Assembly (NCBI GenBank): GCA_964016885.1
Contig: OZ024746.1
Location: forward strand, 34,348,001-34,412,000
DNA: 64,000 nucleotides
Reading direction: 5' to 3'
Source of the DNA: Eledone cirrhosa
Taxonomy: Eukaryota
The notes beneath the pieces were generated by a model. That model had not been told where the DNA came from. It did no database searches and saw nothing but the letters and a program-made list of their open reading frames with translations. Shown here one piece after another: positions 1 to 11,189 of the stretch (position 1 is the first letter of the stretch; every line of letters starts with the position of its first letter). The position numbers and the translations under genes were made by a program.

Positions 1-1662
1 TCTAATATGTATTATCTTTGTTGACATCTATAGTATACATATTTACAAAGTAGTGGTTTAGTAATATATAATAATGTTCATAATTCTTAAAATTAAACGT
101 ATATAACAATATCCTATATACTGATTCAGCAATATTCTCTCGATCTTTCTTTAAACACAACGAGTGCTACAAATGAATGCAGGCTCCAATCCAAAATCAA
201 CATATCACATTTCATCCAAATTGGCCTTGAAAATGTATGTTATCAGATATGAAATTGGATCTAAACTAAATTTTATGCAGAAACGTAACGCATCCAGATA
301 TGTTACGACCAGCATGTATGACATGTCATACAGCTATGCATGTGATTAATAATATAACAGAAACGATATCTCATATCATTGATGTCTACCAAATGAAACA
401 AATATCTCAAAGAGAGGTAATTCATTCTAAATAGTAACGGATGATATCGATCAATTGGAAGGAAAGTCGACGTCAACAATGAAATCCCGAAATGACAAAA
501 CATATCACCAATAGCACAAATCATTAAAAAGACAAAACATTATTTGAATATCATAAAGATTATATAGATTAACATTCTATATATCGTATTAAAAGTAATT
601 AAAACGTGTTGCATTGGTAATGACTCATATTATTTTAAATTACTCGAACAAAAATTAAAATTTATTATCAAATTTAAGAATTGGAAATTTATAATGTAGA
701 CACATCAACATTTATCCATTTTTAGAGCATAGTCGATTCTTGTAGACGCATCTATATTATGTATGATAGTAAAATCAAACTAGTGTTTAATTATATTCCC
801 TCAAATATGATCAGCCCGATTGGGATTAATTTTTACATATTTCAATAAATGATTTACAACCAATTTAAATACTCATATCCTTGTCACAAATAGTAATCAT
901 AAATAGTCGGTGACTGATTTCTCATAAAACGCGAAGCTTCTAAATATATATATGTGTGTAAGTGTGTGTGTGTATGTGCATGTGCGTGCGGGTCTGAGCG
1001 TGTGCGTGTGTGTATGTGAGTTTGAGTACCTTTGTATATGTATTTCTGTATATAAGTGCATTTGTTTGTGGTTGCCAACTCCGATTTAAGGACTATCATA
1101 TTCGTTACATATTTCTAATCAATTACACATTTCTAATCAATTATCTTGTTGTTAACTGCGATGCCTTGATATTGTCTTAACTGTTTTCGTGAGTTAAAGC
1201 TACAGCGCTGATACGGACTACATCCTTGGGCATTCAATTAATCCAGTTTGATGGAATTGCATAGGTGGGAAAATTATATGATGTGCTCCTAATATACCTT
1301 TTTCCAATAGTTGACAAGACCGGCTTTTGAAAATATGCTTCATTTAATACTGGTGAACAGTTTGTGGGTTTTTGTACCACAAAGAGGATGAACAACTTTT
1401 AGGTTTTGGGGAGTTTGTCTCATCATCGTTTCAGAAATTATAATTCTTATTTGCTAAAAAAAAATATATATATATATATATAAAAGAAAATATCGCTCTA
1501 CATGGCTGAATACAATAAATGTAATCTGAGTTTTTCGAGTATTAATAATAACATTCGATTTGTTTGCAATTATGCAAAGAAGCCAAAATTGTATACCCAT
1601 GTCAGTAGAATGAGCACTTCGTTCTTGCTCTTGTGTTGGCATGCGAACACAATGATAAAATA

Positions 1663-1855
1663 GGGCGGTAAATTGGCAGTATCGGTAGAGGGTTGGACGC
1701 CATGCTTTGACGCATAGAGTTACGGCCCTTGCCATTCTGAGTTCAAATCCCGCCGAGGTTAACTTTGCCTTTCATCCTTATGGGGTCGATAAAATAAAGT
1801 ACCAGAAATACACTGGGTAATTGCTGGCATTGGGCCAAAAGTAGAAACAATTATT
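1663..1855 (+). mobile_element. tRNA-derived SINE (~190 bp), copy 1
   Basis: A-box-like TGGCAGTATCGG and B-box GTTCAAATCC, a central GCCTTTCATCCTTAYGGGGTCGATAAAATAAAGTACCAG block (resembles the Meta/MESC SINE domain, from memory) and an ATTATT tail; recurs many times in the window. Confidence 0.85.
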
Positions 1856-1906
1856 AATATTGGAAAAAATCAGATTACATCATATATATATATATATATA
1901 TATATA

Positions 1907-2010
1907 TTGTTATGCTTTGGGAGGGTCATGTTGCCAATAAAAAACACGCACCAGTGCTTTCACTCCAATATATTATAAATTAAATTTATAAATTTAAGAA
2001 TTTAAGAATT
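1907..2010 (-). mobile_element. Isolated PLE terminal module (same family as 9341-12815)
   Basis: TTGTTATGCTTTGGGAGGGTCATGTTGCCAATAA...CACGCACCAG starts immediately after (TA)n, as at 9341 and 37746. Confidence 0.75.
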
Positions 2011-2942
2011 TAAGTCTATCATGGCATTTGGTGGGAGGTAGGGGTGGATGAACTTGCCTGTAGAACAATAGGGGAGTGAGTGGAGCGGCCAAGCGTTGAA
2101 AGTTATATATATACAGCAGATTCTAAGGCTAATGTATGAATTGGAGGAGGGAGGTTATAGAATAGGTAAATCGAATGAGAGTAGGAGACAGTAAAAGATA
2201 ATAGAATGAAATAAAAAAAATATATAAAATTAGATAGTGAGAAATGAATAAAAAATCACAATGCTATCTTACAATTACAGTTAATAAGTTGAGAATAGAA
2301 AAAAAACATGTAGAAATTGAGTAGTACCAGAAGTGATACAGAATTAAAGGGGTTTAACACGTCTGCTATAAGTAGTTAGTAAAACGTATTCGGCCAATTC
2401 TATCTTAAAATTACAGGGGTGGGGGAACCGATGCTACAGAGGCCCGATGGGCTGCATCGGGGTAGGCGAAGGGGAAAAGCAGACGAGGAAGAAAATAGGG
2501 GGTGGAACGAAACAAGGGAATAAGAAGACAAAGAGGAAAAGAAAAGAAAAGAGATACATCTACCTAAGTAACCAGGCCCTCAAGCGGAGTTGCTTCCGGG
2601 AGGAAATATCCTTTTATCCAGCTTCCCTTAGCGGATTAATTTCCCGTTATGAATCTAGATTCCTTGTAGTCTATATAAGATTGGTATTTCTCACTACTAC
2701 ACTTATCCCAACATTTTATTTAACCTTCGTTTTTAAAAACATTCTTTAATAACATCTAATTCTTATTTATCACATCCATGGGAATTAATATAAATTTATC
2801 CCTATAAGTATACCTATCAATTAATTTAATTTATTGTCATAGATCTAAACTCCTTGTGTTTTAAATAATATTGGTATTTCTCACTAATACCTTTACCCTA
2901 AAATGTTACTCTCCTTCGTTGTTAACATTATTCTTTAATAAT

Positions 2943-3134
2943 GAGCGGTGGATTGGCAGTATCGGTAGAGGGTCGGACGCCATGCTTTCCAGCATAGATA
3001 CGTCCCTTTACGATCTGAGGTCAAATCCCGCCGAGGTTAACTTTGCCTTTCATCCTTACGGGGTCGATAAAATAAAGTACCAGTAATGCACTGGGTAATT
3101 GCTGGCCTTGTGCCTAAAAGTAGAAACAATTATT
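2943..3134 (+). mobile_element. tRNA-derived SINE, copy 2, with 16-bp target-site duplication (TSD)
   Basis: Same sequence as 1663-1855; ATTATTCTTTAATAAT at 2927-2942 and 3129-3144. Confidence 0.9.
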
Positions 3135-3392
3135 CTTTAATAATATCAAATTTTGGTGTACTCTTCACCGGCTTGACCTCTTTTCATCCCCAAAGTATTC
3201 TTTTCATTCAAAGTATTCTTTCCATTCAAAACATAAATCTGCATTACTCTACCCCTAAATTAAATTTCTACTACTACTATTCTATCAACTTGACTTCTTA
3301 TTACTTTTCTATTGGTCAATTCAAAACCTGTTCCCAAACAGACCTATTATACTAAATCGTTGTTGGTTTTTTTCAATAAACAAATCTCATTA

Positions 3393-3514
3393 TTTCTGAA
3401 GACAGCATATATGTGAAGGTATGTATATTTCCTCTGATAGTTTGTAATATTTTTAAATAGATCTATATGATATACATACCAACACACACATATATACTAG
3501 AAAGGATCGTAAAA
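3393..3514 (+). ncRNA. Hammerhead ribozyme motif, type I, long stem II
   Basis: TTT-CTGAAGA-[CAG CATATATGTG..GGTATGTATAT...ATATACATACC..CACATATATA CTA]-GAAA-GGATCG-TA-AAA; stem II arms are complementary; stem III is one change from palindromic CGATCG. Confidence 0.55.
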
Positions 3515-3743
3515 GGATGACTTTTTAATATAATGAACTTGTTCTTTGTTTTTATTCATTGTTTTTATTAATTTATCTCGACTCTGTTTTTCCTGTGATT
3601 TCCATCGAACATTTTTGAATGCATCTTTTCTTTTCATGATATTTGGATTAAATTGAGTTCTTCATACGGATTGGATAGTACCGTATATTTTGGTAGATTT
3701 ATCTATCTATCTATATATATATATATATCTCTATATATATATA

Positions 3744-3807
<64 letters not shown>

Positions 3808-3998
3808 GGTTTGAGGTTCACCACTGTATAGAGCTGGTCTATTCCGTATGGTCAATCGTAATGCAATAATATAGAGAGTACTCAACGTAAAGCAGTTCAA
3901 CCGTCTTTGTTTTTGTAGTTGGTGGTGCTATTACGGAGTTAAATATTATAATGAAATGACAGGAGGCTGGATTTGTGTAAATCCTTGAAAGGTTTATT

Positions 3999-4056
3999 AT
4001 ACTATGATCATTTCAATGACCGGGTTCCGTATGAATCCGGTGATATCATCAGGTAT
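3999..4056 (-). ncRNA. Hammerhead ribozyme (pLTR copy 1)
   Basis: Minus strand: ATAC-CTGATGA-TATCACCGGATTCATACGGAACCCGGTCATT-GAAA-TGATCA-TA-GTAT-AATAAA; palindromic stem III. Confidence 0.8.
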
Positions 4057-4439
4057 TCGAAATATAATACGTGAATGTAATAGATAAAATCCATGGGGCT
4101 GAAAATCGAGGACCCGAGGGCGACCGCTATTCTGTTCCTTCAACTTCAGCCGGTCGCCCTGGAGTGACGTGGCTAAAGCTTATAGTATGCTACTACCAGT
4201 CAGATAAACGAAAACAGAAAGGGATGGGAACATAAGTTAATGTCGATCTCATGACACAAGGTAAAAGAAAGAAAGAAAGGAAGGAGATAGTAGAAGGGGG
4301 AAGAAAGAAAAAGAGAAGCCAGGGTTAATGTCAGTTAAAAGAAGAAAGGCAACTACTACCGGTCAGATATAGGCAAACAAGAGGGAGAAGGAAGATAAGT
4401 CTGCGGGAGGAAGACAGGAAGAGAGGAGAAGAGAAGGAA

Positions 4440-5455
4440 GAGAAGAGAGAAGTAGAAAAGTAAGGGTTGAGGCTACAAGAAGGAAGATAGAAAGAAAGAG
4501 AAAGAAAGGTCGATATTAATGTCAGACCACAGTCAAGCCAGGAGTGGCGCGAGAAAATTTTCACAGGGACCCGCATCTTAGCAGAGATGAATATATTGGG
4601 AGTCAGTGTGTTACAGTGTTTAGACTTCTAGGATGAAGTTAAAAAAGTTAATAATCAATATTCAATATTAAAGAGGTTAATAAATTTTAAGTTCAACAGT
4701 TTAACATTTTATTATATAATAGTTCCGATTTGTTCTGTAATTTAAAGGTACTATGTGGCGGTTAAAACACCGGCCGCGCCCCGGGCCCCATGGCGAATTA
4801 AGCTACGCCGAGTATTTTCATTTACCGAAAGAAGGGGAAATTTATTTTTCAAAGCACTCCAGGTGAGCTCGTTCGCCAGGGAGCTGGTCGCGCCGCCATT
4901 AAAACCCACCCAACAGTCCGACAGAAAGTTGGAACTTTAAAATTTTGCTTAGAGAAGTAAAAGAGTAGTGGTTGATAGCTACAAGAAGGAAGATAGAAAG
5001 AGAGAGGAAGGAAGGTTGATATTAATGTCACACCACAGTCGGGCCAGGAGTGGCGCGACAAAATTTTCACAGAGTCCCGCATCTTAGCAGAGGTGAATAT
5101 ATTGGGGGTCAGTGTGTTACAATGTTTAGACTTATAGGATGAAGTTAAAAAATTAATAATCAATATTCCATATTAAAGAGGTTAGAAAATTTAAAGTTCA
5201 ACAGTTTCAGGTTGATATATATAATAGTTCCGTTTTGTTCTGTAATTTAAAGGTACTATTTGGCGGTTAAAACACCGGCCGCGTCCCGGGCCCCATGGCG
5301 AACTAGGCCACGCCGAGTATTTTCATTTACCGAAAGAAGGGGAAATTTATTTTTCCAAGCACTCCAGGTGAGCCCGTTCGCCAGGGAGCTGGTCGCACCG
5401 CCGCTAAAACCCACCCAACGGTCCGACAGAAAGTTGGAACTTTAGAATTTTGCTT
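4440..5455. repeat. ~505-bp internal tandem duplication (2 copies)
   Basis: About 4440-4950 matches 4950-5455; paired small ORFs at 4755 and 5260 are near-identical. Confidence 0.85.
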
Positions 5456-5689
5456 AACTCTATCGGATGAAGTTGAAAGAATTCAGAATAACATTATAAA
5501 ACTAAGGAGTAAGAAGATTGAGAATTGAACAAACAGAAAATTGAAGATTAAACATTCAAATAACTTCTATGAGGTTTTGGGTTGCGGGGTTTAATTAAAT
5601 AGAGTCTTTTATGAAGAAACGTTAATTGTCTTATGTAATTTATCCTAGTGGGATGTAGAGTACGGGATATAGTCGTGTAATGTTTATTT

Positions 5690-6396
5690 TTGTTCTCAGG
5701 AGGAGACATTCTAGTGTCGTGTGCTAATGGGTACAGGTCCTAATGTGAGGAGTAGAAATACATGGATACATAGAAGTGGAATACGTGGAAGAGCACATTG
5801 GTACAGCAAAGGTATAAATATATAAACATATCAATATATAGGTATAAACATGTAAATAAACCAACAAGAGTGGTGTTGGAGTAAGATGGAGAAATCAAGA
5901 CATAGGAGAATTACAATATAGTTCAGGTTGCAGTATTTATGTTCCGGGGGGGGGGGGGGGGGGGCAATCCTGTGTCGTGTGCTAAGGGTGCACGCGAGTA
6001 AAAGTCCGAATAAGGGGAGTAAAAGTACATGGATGTATAGAGGTAGAGTACGTGGAAAGGCATTAATACAGCAAACAAAGATGTGAAGATATAGATAAAC
6101 AAACAATAGTCGTTGTCTAGTAAATGTAGAGTTCAAGACACAGGAGAAATACAATATAGTTCAGGTTGCGGTATTTATGTTCCCAGGGGAGATATTCCAG
6201 TGACGTGTGCTAAGGGTACACGCGAGTAAAAGTCCGAATAAGGGAAGTAGAAAGTACATGGATGTATTAAGGTAGAATACGTGGAGAAACATTAATACAC
6301 CAAATAAAGATGTAAAAATATAAATAAACAAACAAGAGTCGTTGTCTATTAAATGGAGAGTTCAAGACACAGGAGAAATACAATATAGTTCAAGGT
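5690..6396. repeat. ~230-270-bp internal tandem repeat (about 3 diverged copies)
   Basis: Recurring CGTGTGCTAA.GG..CA...TACATGGAT..A...GTAGA.TACGTGGA...CAAGACA.AGGAGAA.TACAATATAGTTCA blocks. Confidence 0.75.
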
Positions 6397-6891
6397 GCAG
6401 TCTGATAATGCATATAGATGTGGAAACAGTGTGTGTTCGAGTCTGGGAGTTCAGTGTGAGTTATACATGCCCAGAAGTATATAGTAGCCATTTAGTTAAT
6501 ACAGTGCAGTACAATACAAGTTATGGTCTAGTCCGTGGAGTTTCGTCGCAGTTCGGATATTCTGTGAGGGGAGTAGCAATGGGCCAGGCGAAAACACCGG
6601 GTAGCCAAAGTTCGAACTGTGGTTAGATATATTCAGTCCCATGCCGCTGTTCATTATTACATTTTGAAGTGCTCAACATTTCAAGAGCATTATTTATTCA
6701 GGTTTGAGGTTCACCACTGTATAGAGCTGGTCTATTCCGTATGGTCAATCGTAATGCAATAATATAGAGAGTACTCAACGTAAAGCAGTTCAACCGTCTT
6801 TGTTTTTGTAGTTGGTGGTGCTATTACGGAGTTAAATATTATAATGAAATGACAGGAGGCTGGATTTGTGTAAATCCTTGAAAGGTTTATT

Positions 6892-6949
6892 ATACTATGA
6901 TCATTTCAATGACCGGGTTCCGTATGAATCCGGTGATATCATCAGGTAT
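6892..6949 (-). ncRNA. Hammerhead ribozyme (pLTR copy 2)
   Basis: Same motif as 3999-4056. Confidence 0.8.
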
Positions 6950-7184
6950 TTGAAATATAATACGTGAATGTAATAGATAAAATCCATGGGGCTAAAAATC
7001 GAGGACCCGAGGGCGACCGCTATTCTGTTCCTTCAACCTCAGCCGGTCGCCCTGGAGTGACGTGGCTAAAGTTTATAGTATGCTACTACCGGTCAGATAA
7101 ACGAAAACAGAAAGGGATGGGAACATAAGTTAACGTCGATCTCTTTATGGATTTTATCTATTACATTCACGTATTATATTTCGA

Positions 7185-7242
7185 ATACCTGATGATATCA
7201 CCGGATTCATACGGAACCCGGTCATTGAAATGATCATAGTAT
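7185..7242 (+). ncRNA. Hammerhead ribozyme (inverted pLTR copy)
   Basis: ATAC CTGATGA ...ACCGG..CCGGT.. GAAA TGATCA TA GTAT followed by AATAAA. Confidence 0.8.
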
Positions 7243-7290
7243 AATAAACCTTTCAAGGATTTACACAAACCCAGCCTCCTGTCATTTCAT

Positions 7291-7346
<56 letters not shown>

Positions 7347-7718
7347 TATATGAATATATGTGTTCGTGTGTGAAATATAAAACATGATCATTATTTTAAA
7401 AAAAAGCATTAAGTATAACGAACCGCATTTCACAAATTCGATAAATGTATATTACAAATATATGATTATATGTCACATGAGAGTGTATTTTAGTATCATA
7501 CCTACCAGTCAATAATGTGTTAAACATAAATGAATTATTGCATAGAACTGTAATTCAAATGAAACTGCATCATATTCTTTGATAGGAATACTGCTGGCAT
7601 TTTAAATACTCAAAAAAAGAAAATGCTATCTAATGCATGTGCAGATTCAGCATAGTGATACATAGATGCATGCATGTATCTATATACTCACAGACACACA
7701 CACATATGTATATATACA

Positions 7719-7787
<69 letters not shown>

Positions 7788-7944
7788 ATATATATATATA
7801 TATTTAAAGGTTAAACAAGGTTCAATGCATAAATCAAAGAATGAGTTTTACAATAGATTGGAAGAACCCAACATTTGGCTTTCCTGAGACATTAATATTA
7901 ATTCGAAATATTAACAAAAATAGACATTCGTGTGATCAAGTATA

Positions 7945-8007
7945 TTTTATTATACATATTTCAGAGGTACTGAGCTATCTTCAACAGTACGTCCTCATCA
8001 GATAAAA
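7945..8007 (-). ncRNA. Hammerhead ribozyme motif in a probable solo pLTR (~7805-8250)
   Basis: Minus strand: TTTTAT-CTGATGA-GGACGTACTG(TTGAAGATAGCT)CAGTACCTCT-GAAA-TATGTA-TA-ATAAAA; 6-bp stem I; stem III is one change from TACGTA. Confidence 0.75.
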
Positions 8008-8373
8008 TAAGATGATGCATGACATACCCTTACTTAGTAGATGGTTACGATTCAGTCATGGTAGTGAATAAGATATGACAACACTGAATATCTATATACC
8101 ATAAGATTGAGACATGAACAAATTTGCCTATAATACAGAGGGTGCGTGTGAGAAAGCTTAAAAATACATAATAGCAATTTACATAACTGTTAGAGATTCA
8201 AATAATTTAAATTATTGAACAAAAGAAGAAAGAAAGAAGAAAGGAAAATATATATATGCGCGCGTGTGTGTATGTGTGTGTGTACGTATTATATATATAT
8301 ATATATATTATATCCGTATAAAAGCATACAAAGAGATCATATATATATATGTATTTGTATATATTTTTGTATG

Positions 8374-8411
<38 letters not shown>

Positions 8412-8539
8412 CTTATATACATATATGTACATACGTATGTATGTACTTCTGAATGTAGGTATGAATGTATCTATTCGTACGTAGCCGATCTATAATTAAA
8501 TTAAAGATTTGCGGAAAAGATTTTAACTTCTGTAAATAG

Positions 8540-8730
8540 AATAATTGTTTCTACTTTTGGCACAAGGCCAGCAATTACCCAGTGCATTACTGGTACTTTA
8601 TTTTATCGACCCCGTAAGGATGAAAGGCAAAATTAACCTCGGTGGGATTTGAACTCAGATCGTAAAGGGACGTAACTATGCTGGAAAGCATGGCGTCCGA
8701 CCCTCTACCGATACTGCCAATCCACCGCCC
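8540..8730 (-). mobile_element. tRNA-derived SINE, copy 3, with TSD
   Basis: Reverse complement of the SINE; TTCTGTAWATAGAATAAT at 8528-8545 and 8731-8748. Confidence 0.9.
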
Positions 8731-9239
8731 TTCTGTATATAGAATAATAGAAGGCTAGATGATCTATAGAATAAAAGAACAGAACTGTTCATATTTTCAA
8801 AGCCCCAAAATGTTATATTAAAAAGGAAAATTGAAACACATCGCATACACTCAGGCACACATATATGAATGCGTGCACATGCTTATGTATATAAGTGTGT
8901 ATGCATTCATGCATTATGTATGTATGTATGTATGTATGTATGTATGTATGTATGTATGTATGTATGTATGGATGGATGTATGTATGTATGCATGTTATAT
9001 GTTAATATATGTGTGTGCTTGTTTGAGTGTGTATGTGTATACTTGTGTGCATATCTATGTCTGCATGTGTGCGATTGTGTATGCACGCATATCAATTTAA
9101 ATTTTAGTTGACATGAAACGTTGCCAAATTTAACGAGAATGTTTCCTTGCAGTATATACATACTATCTTTCTATCAACAAGATTATATCTCTATTCGTCT
9201 AGCACATATGTTTCTTCCTATCTGTATTTCCCTATCTGA

Positions 9240-9294
<55 letters not shown>

Positions 9295-9496
9295 AATATA
9301 TATATATTTAAATATATATATATATAAATATATATATATATTGTTATACTTTGGGAGGGTCATGTTGCCAATAAGAAACACACGCACCAGTCGCTTTCAC
9401 TTCAATTTAATTTATTAAATATTTATAAATTTACAAATTTATAAATTTCTGGTTGGTTGGTTGGTTCCACAACCAGATAGTTGTTTATATATATAT

Positions 9497-9541
9497 AGTC
9501 ATAGTTCTTTCGTCACACACTCTGTGACCTCTTCAGTGACT
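9497..9541 (-). ncRNA. Minimal hammerhead ribozyme motif
   Basis: Reverse complement of 12554-12598. Confidence 0.6.
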
Positions 9542-9846
9542 GGGGATTTCTTTCTTCGTTTCTGTGCCTTTCCTTTCTTCTATCCTACGCCATTTTGTTT
9601 GTGTGTGGGTTGCGTGCTCAGTTTGCGCATGCGCCACATCCGGGTGTCTGTGTGTGTTTGTGTTCATTTTTCTATTTATCTATTTATATTTTTCTATTTG
9701 TTTGTTTATTTACTTATTTATTGTTGGTTGGTTGTTTGTTCTATGTGTGTGTGTGTTTTCATTTTGTCTTGTTTGTGTTTTCATTTTGTGTGTGTTTTCA
9801 ATTGTAAGTTGTTTGTTCTATGTGTGTGTGTGTTTTCATTTTGTCC

Positions 9847-11172
9847 TTAATTGTAAGTTGTGATGTTGCTGTTCCACTCATATTTTCTATTTAATTTTGG
9901 TTTTAATTCTTTTATGCTTACTGCCTCTGTAATTTGCCTAAACATTGCGTCTTTCTTGTGTGTGGATTCTATTTTTATTTCTATGCTCTCTAATTTACCC
10001 CTGTGTTCTATCTTAGCATGTTGGTAGAGCACAGATGATTCTTTACTAGCTTGGAGGTCTCGCCAGTGTTCATTTATTCGTTCCCCTATACTACGAGCTG
10101 TCTCACCTATGTACACTACATTTTTGTTTCTACATTGTCCTTCGGTACATCTTATGCTATATACCACATTTCTAGTTTTACAGTTAATATGGGGGCTTAT
10201 TTTACAGGTTATACATTTCTTATCTATACATGAGGGTCTTTGGAACGGGTATGTCTTGCTAATAAGTGTTTTTACGGAGGTACCAGGTCTTTCTACTATC
10301 TTAATATTGAGATTATGTTTCTTTAGGGCCCTTCTAAATTTGTAGGCTAGTTCGCCTCTAGGGGTTGTATTGATGAACATTACACTCTGGTATTTATTGC
10401 TATCATACCATGAGTTTATTCTATTGGCCTTGTTCTTAGTTCTTTCTATTCTATTCCAAAATTTGCTCCTATACAAGGGGCAGGTCCCATTTATGTCATT
10501 ATTTACCATTTTTTCCCATTTGGTTCTGGCTCCTTTATACACTCTGATTCTATCTCTCTGATTGTAGCCAGAGAACTGCATACGGTGGATGAAGTGTTGT
10601 ATGTGTCTCTCTAGTTCTTCGGGGTTGCACATGCGGGACACATTTCTCATCACCCGTACCAAATCCGCAATCAGTATGTTGATTTTGGTATGGTCCGAAA
10701 TGGCCGAGTTTCGGTGGATCAGATGTTTGTAAGTCATGGGTTTGGCATAATGGGAATGGAGGATTTGTTTTTGGTTGTTAATAGTATCTAACCAGAGCTC
10801 TGTGTCTAGTACAGGTAATCGATGGTTGGGGTGTCTACTTGGGTAGTCTATAGTAACTCTAATGCTCTGGTGGATGGAGTTTGCTATTTGCTGGATGCTT
10901 TCCATTGTGTTTTTCTCTAGTTCCTGACTGTTCTTTAGTGGGGGTGTCTTAACTACGATGTTTATATCATCTACGTAGCGGGAGTACATTATCAGGGTTA
11001 AGCTGTCTTCTAATTGTTCATTAAGTTTTTGTTTAAGTCTACTGTCCCACCATACCATGAATAAGTTAGCTATGTCGCCTGCAATGCTAACACCAATGGC
11101 TGCTCCTTCCTCGTGGGCATATGTTTTACCATTAAATTTGAACATATGTTCCTTAAGGGTTAGTTTTATGCA
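9847..11172 (-). CDS. PLE polyprotein fragment: RT motifs B-E, thumb and GIY-YIG endonuclease (5'-truncated)
   Basis: GAAIGVSIAGDIANLFM, YSRYVDDINI, LPVLDTELW, CITC/NCKTRNVVYSIRC, VYIGETARSIGERINEH, PKLNRK; the start at 11214 in the ORF track crosses the inversion junction. Confidence 0.9.
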   Translation of the reverse strand, partial: CIKLTLKEHMFKFNGKTYAHEEGAAIGVSIAGDIANLFMVWWDSRLKQKLNEQLEDSLTLIMYSRYVDDINIVVKTPPLKNSQELEKNTMESIQQIANSIHQSIRVTIDYPSRHPNHRLPVLDTELWLDTINNQKQILHSHYAKPMTYKHLIHRNSAISDHTKINILIADLVRVMRNVSRMCNPEELERHIQHFIHRMQFSGYNQRDRIRVYKGARTKWEKMVNNDINGTCPLYRSKFWNRIERTKNKANRINSWYDSNKYQSVMFINTTPRGELAYKFRRALKKHNLNIKIVERPGTSVKTLISKTYPFQRPSCIDKKCITCKISPHINCKTRNVVYSIRCTEGQCRNKNVVYIGETARSIGERINEHWRDLQASKESSVLYQHAKIEHRGKLESIEIKIESTHKKDAMFRQITEAVSIKELKPKLNRKYEWNSNITTYN

Positions 11173-11189
11173 TGGGTTAGTTTTATGCA

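Larger units (their letters stand above)
3802..7293 (-). mobile_element. Non-coding PLE-like/retrozyme-like element with 449-bp pseudo-LTRs and an inverted partial pLTR
   Basis: Direct repeats 3802-4250 and 6695-7143; inverted copy 7147-7293 of 3948-4094; flanked by (TA)n on both sides; HHR in each repeat; no RT or endonuclease ORF recognised inside. Confidence 0.8.
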
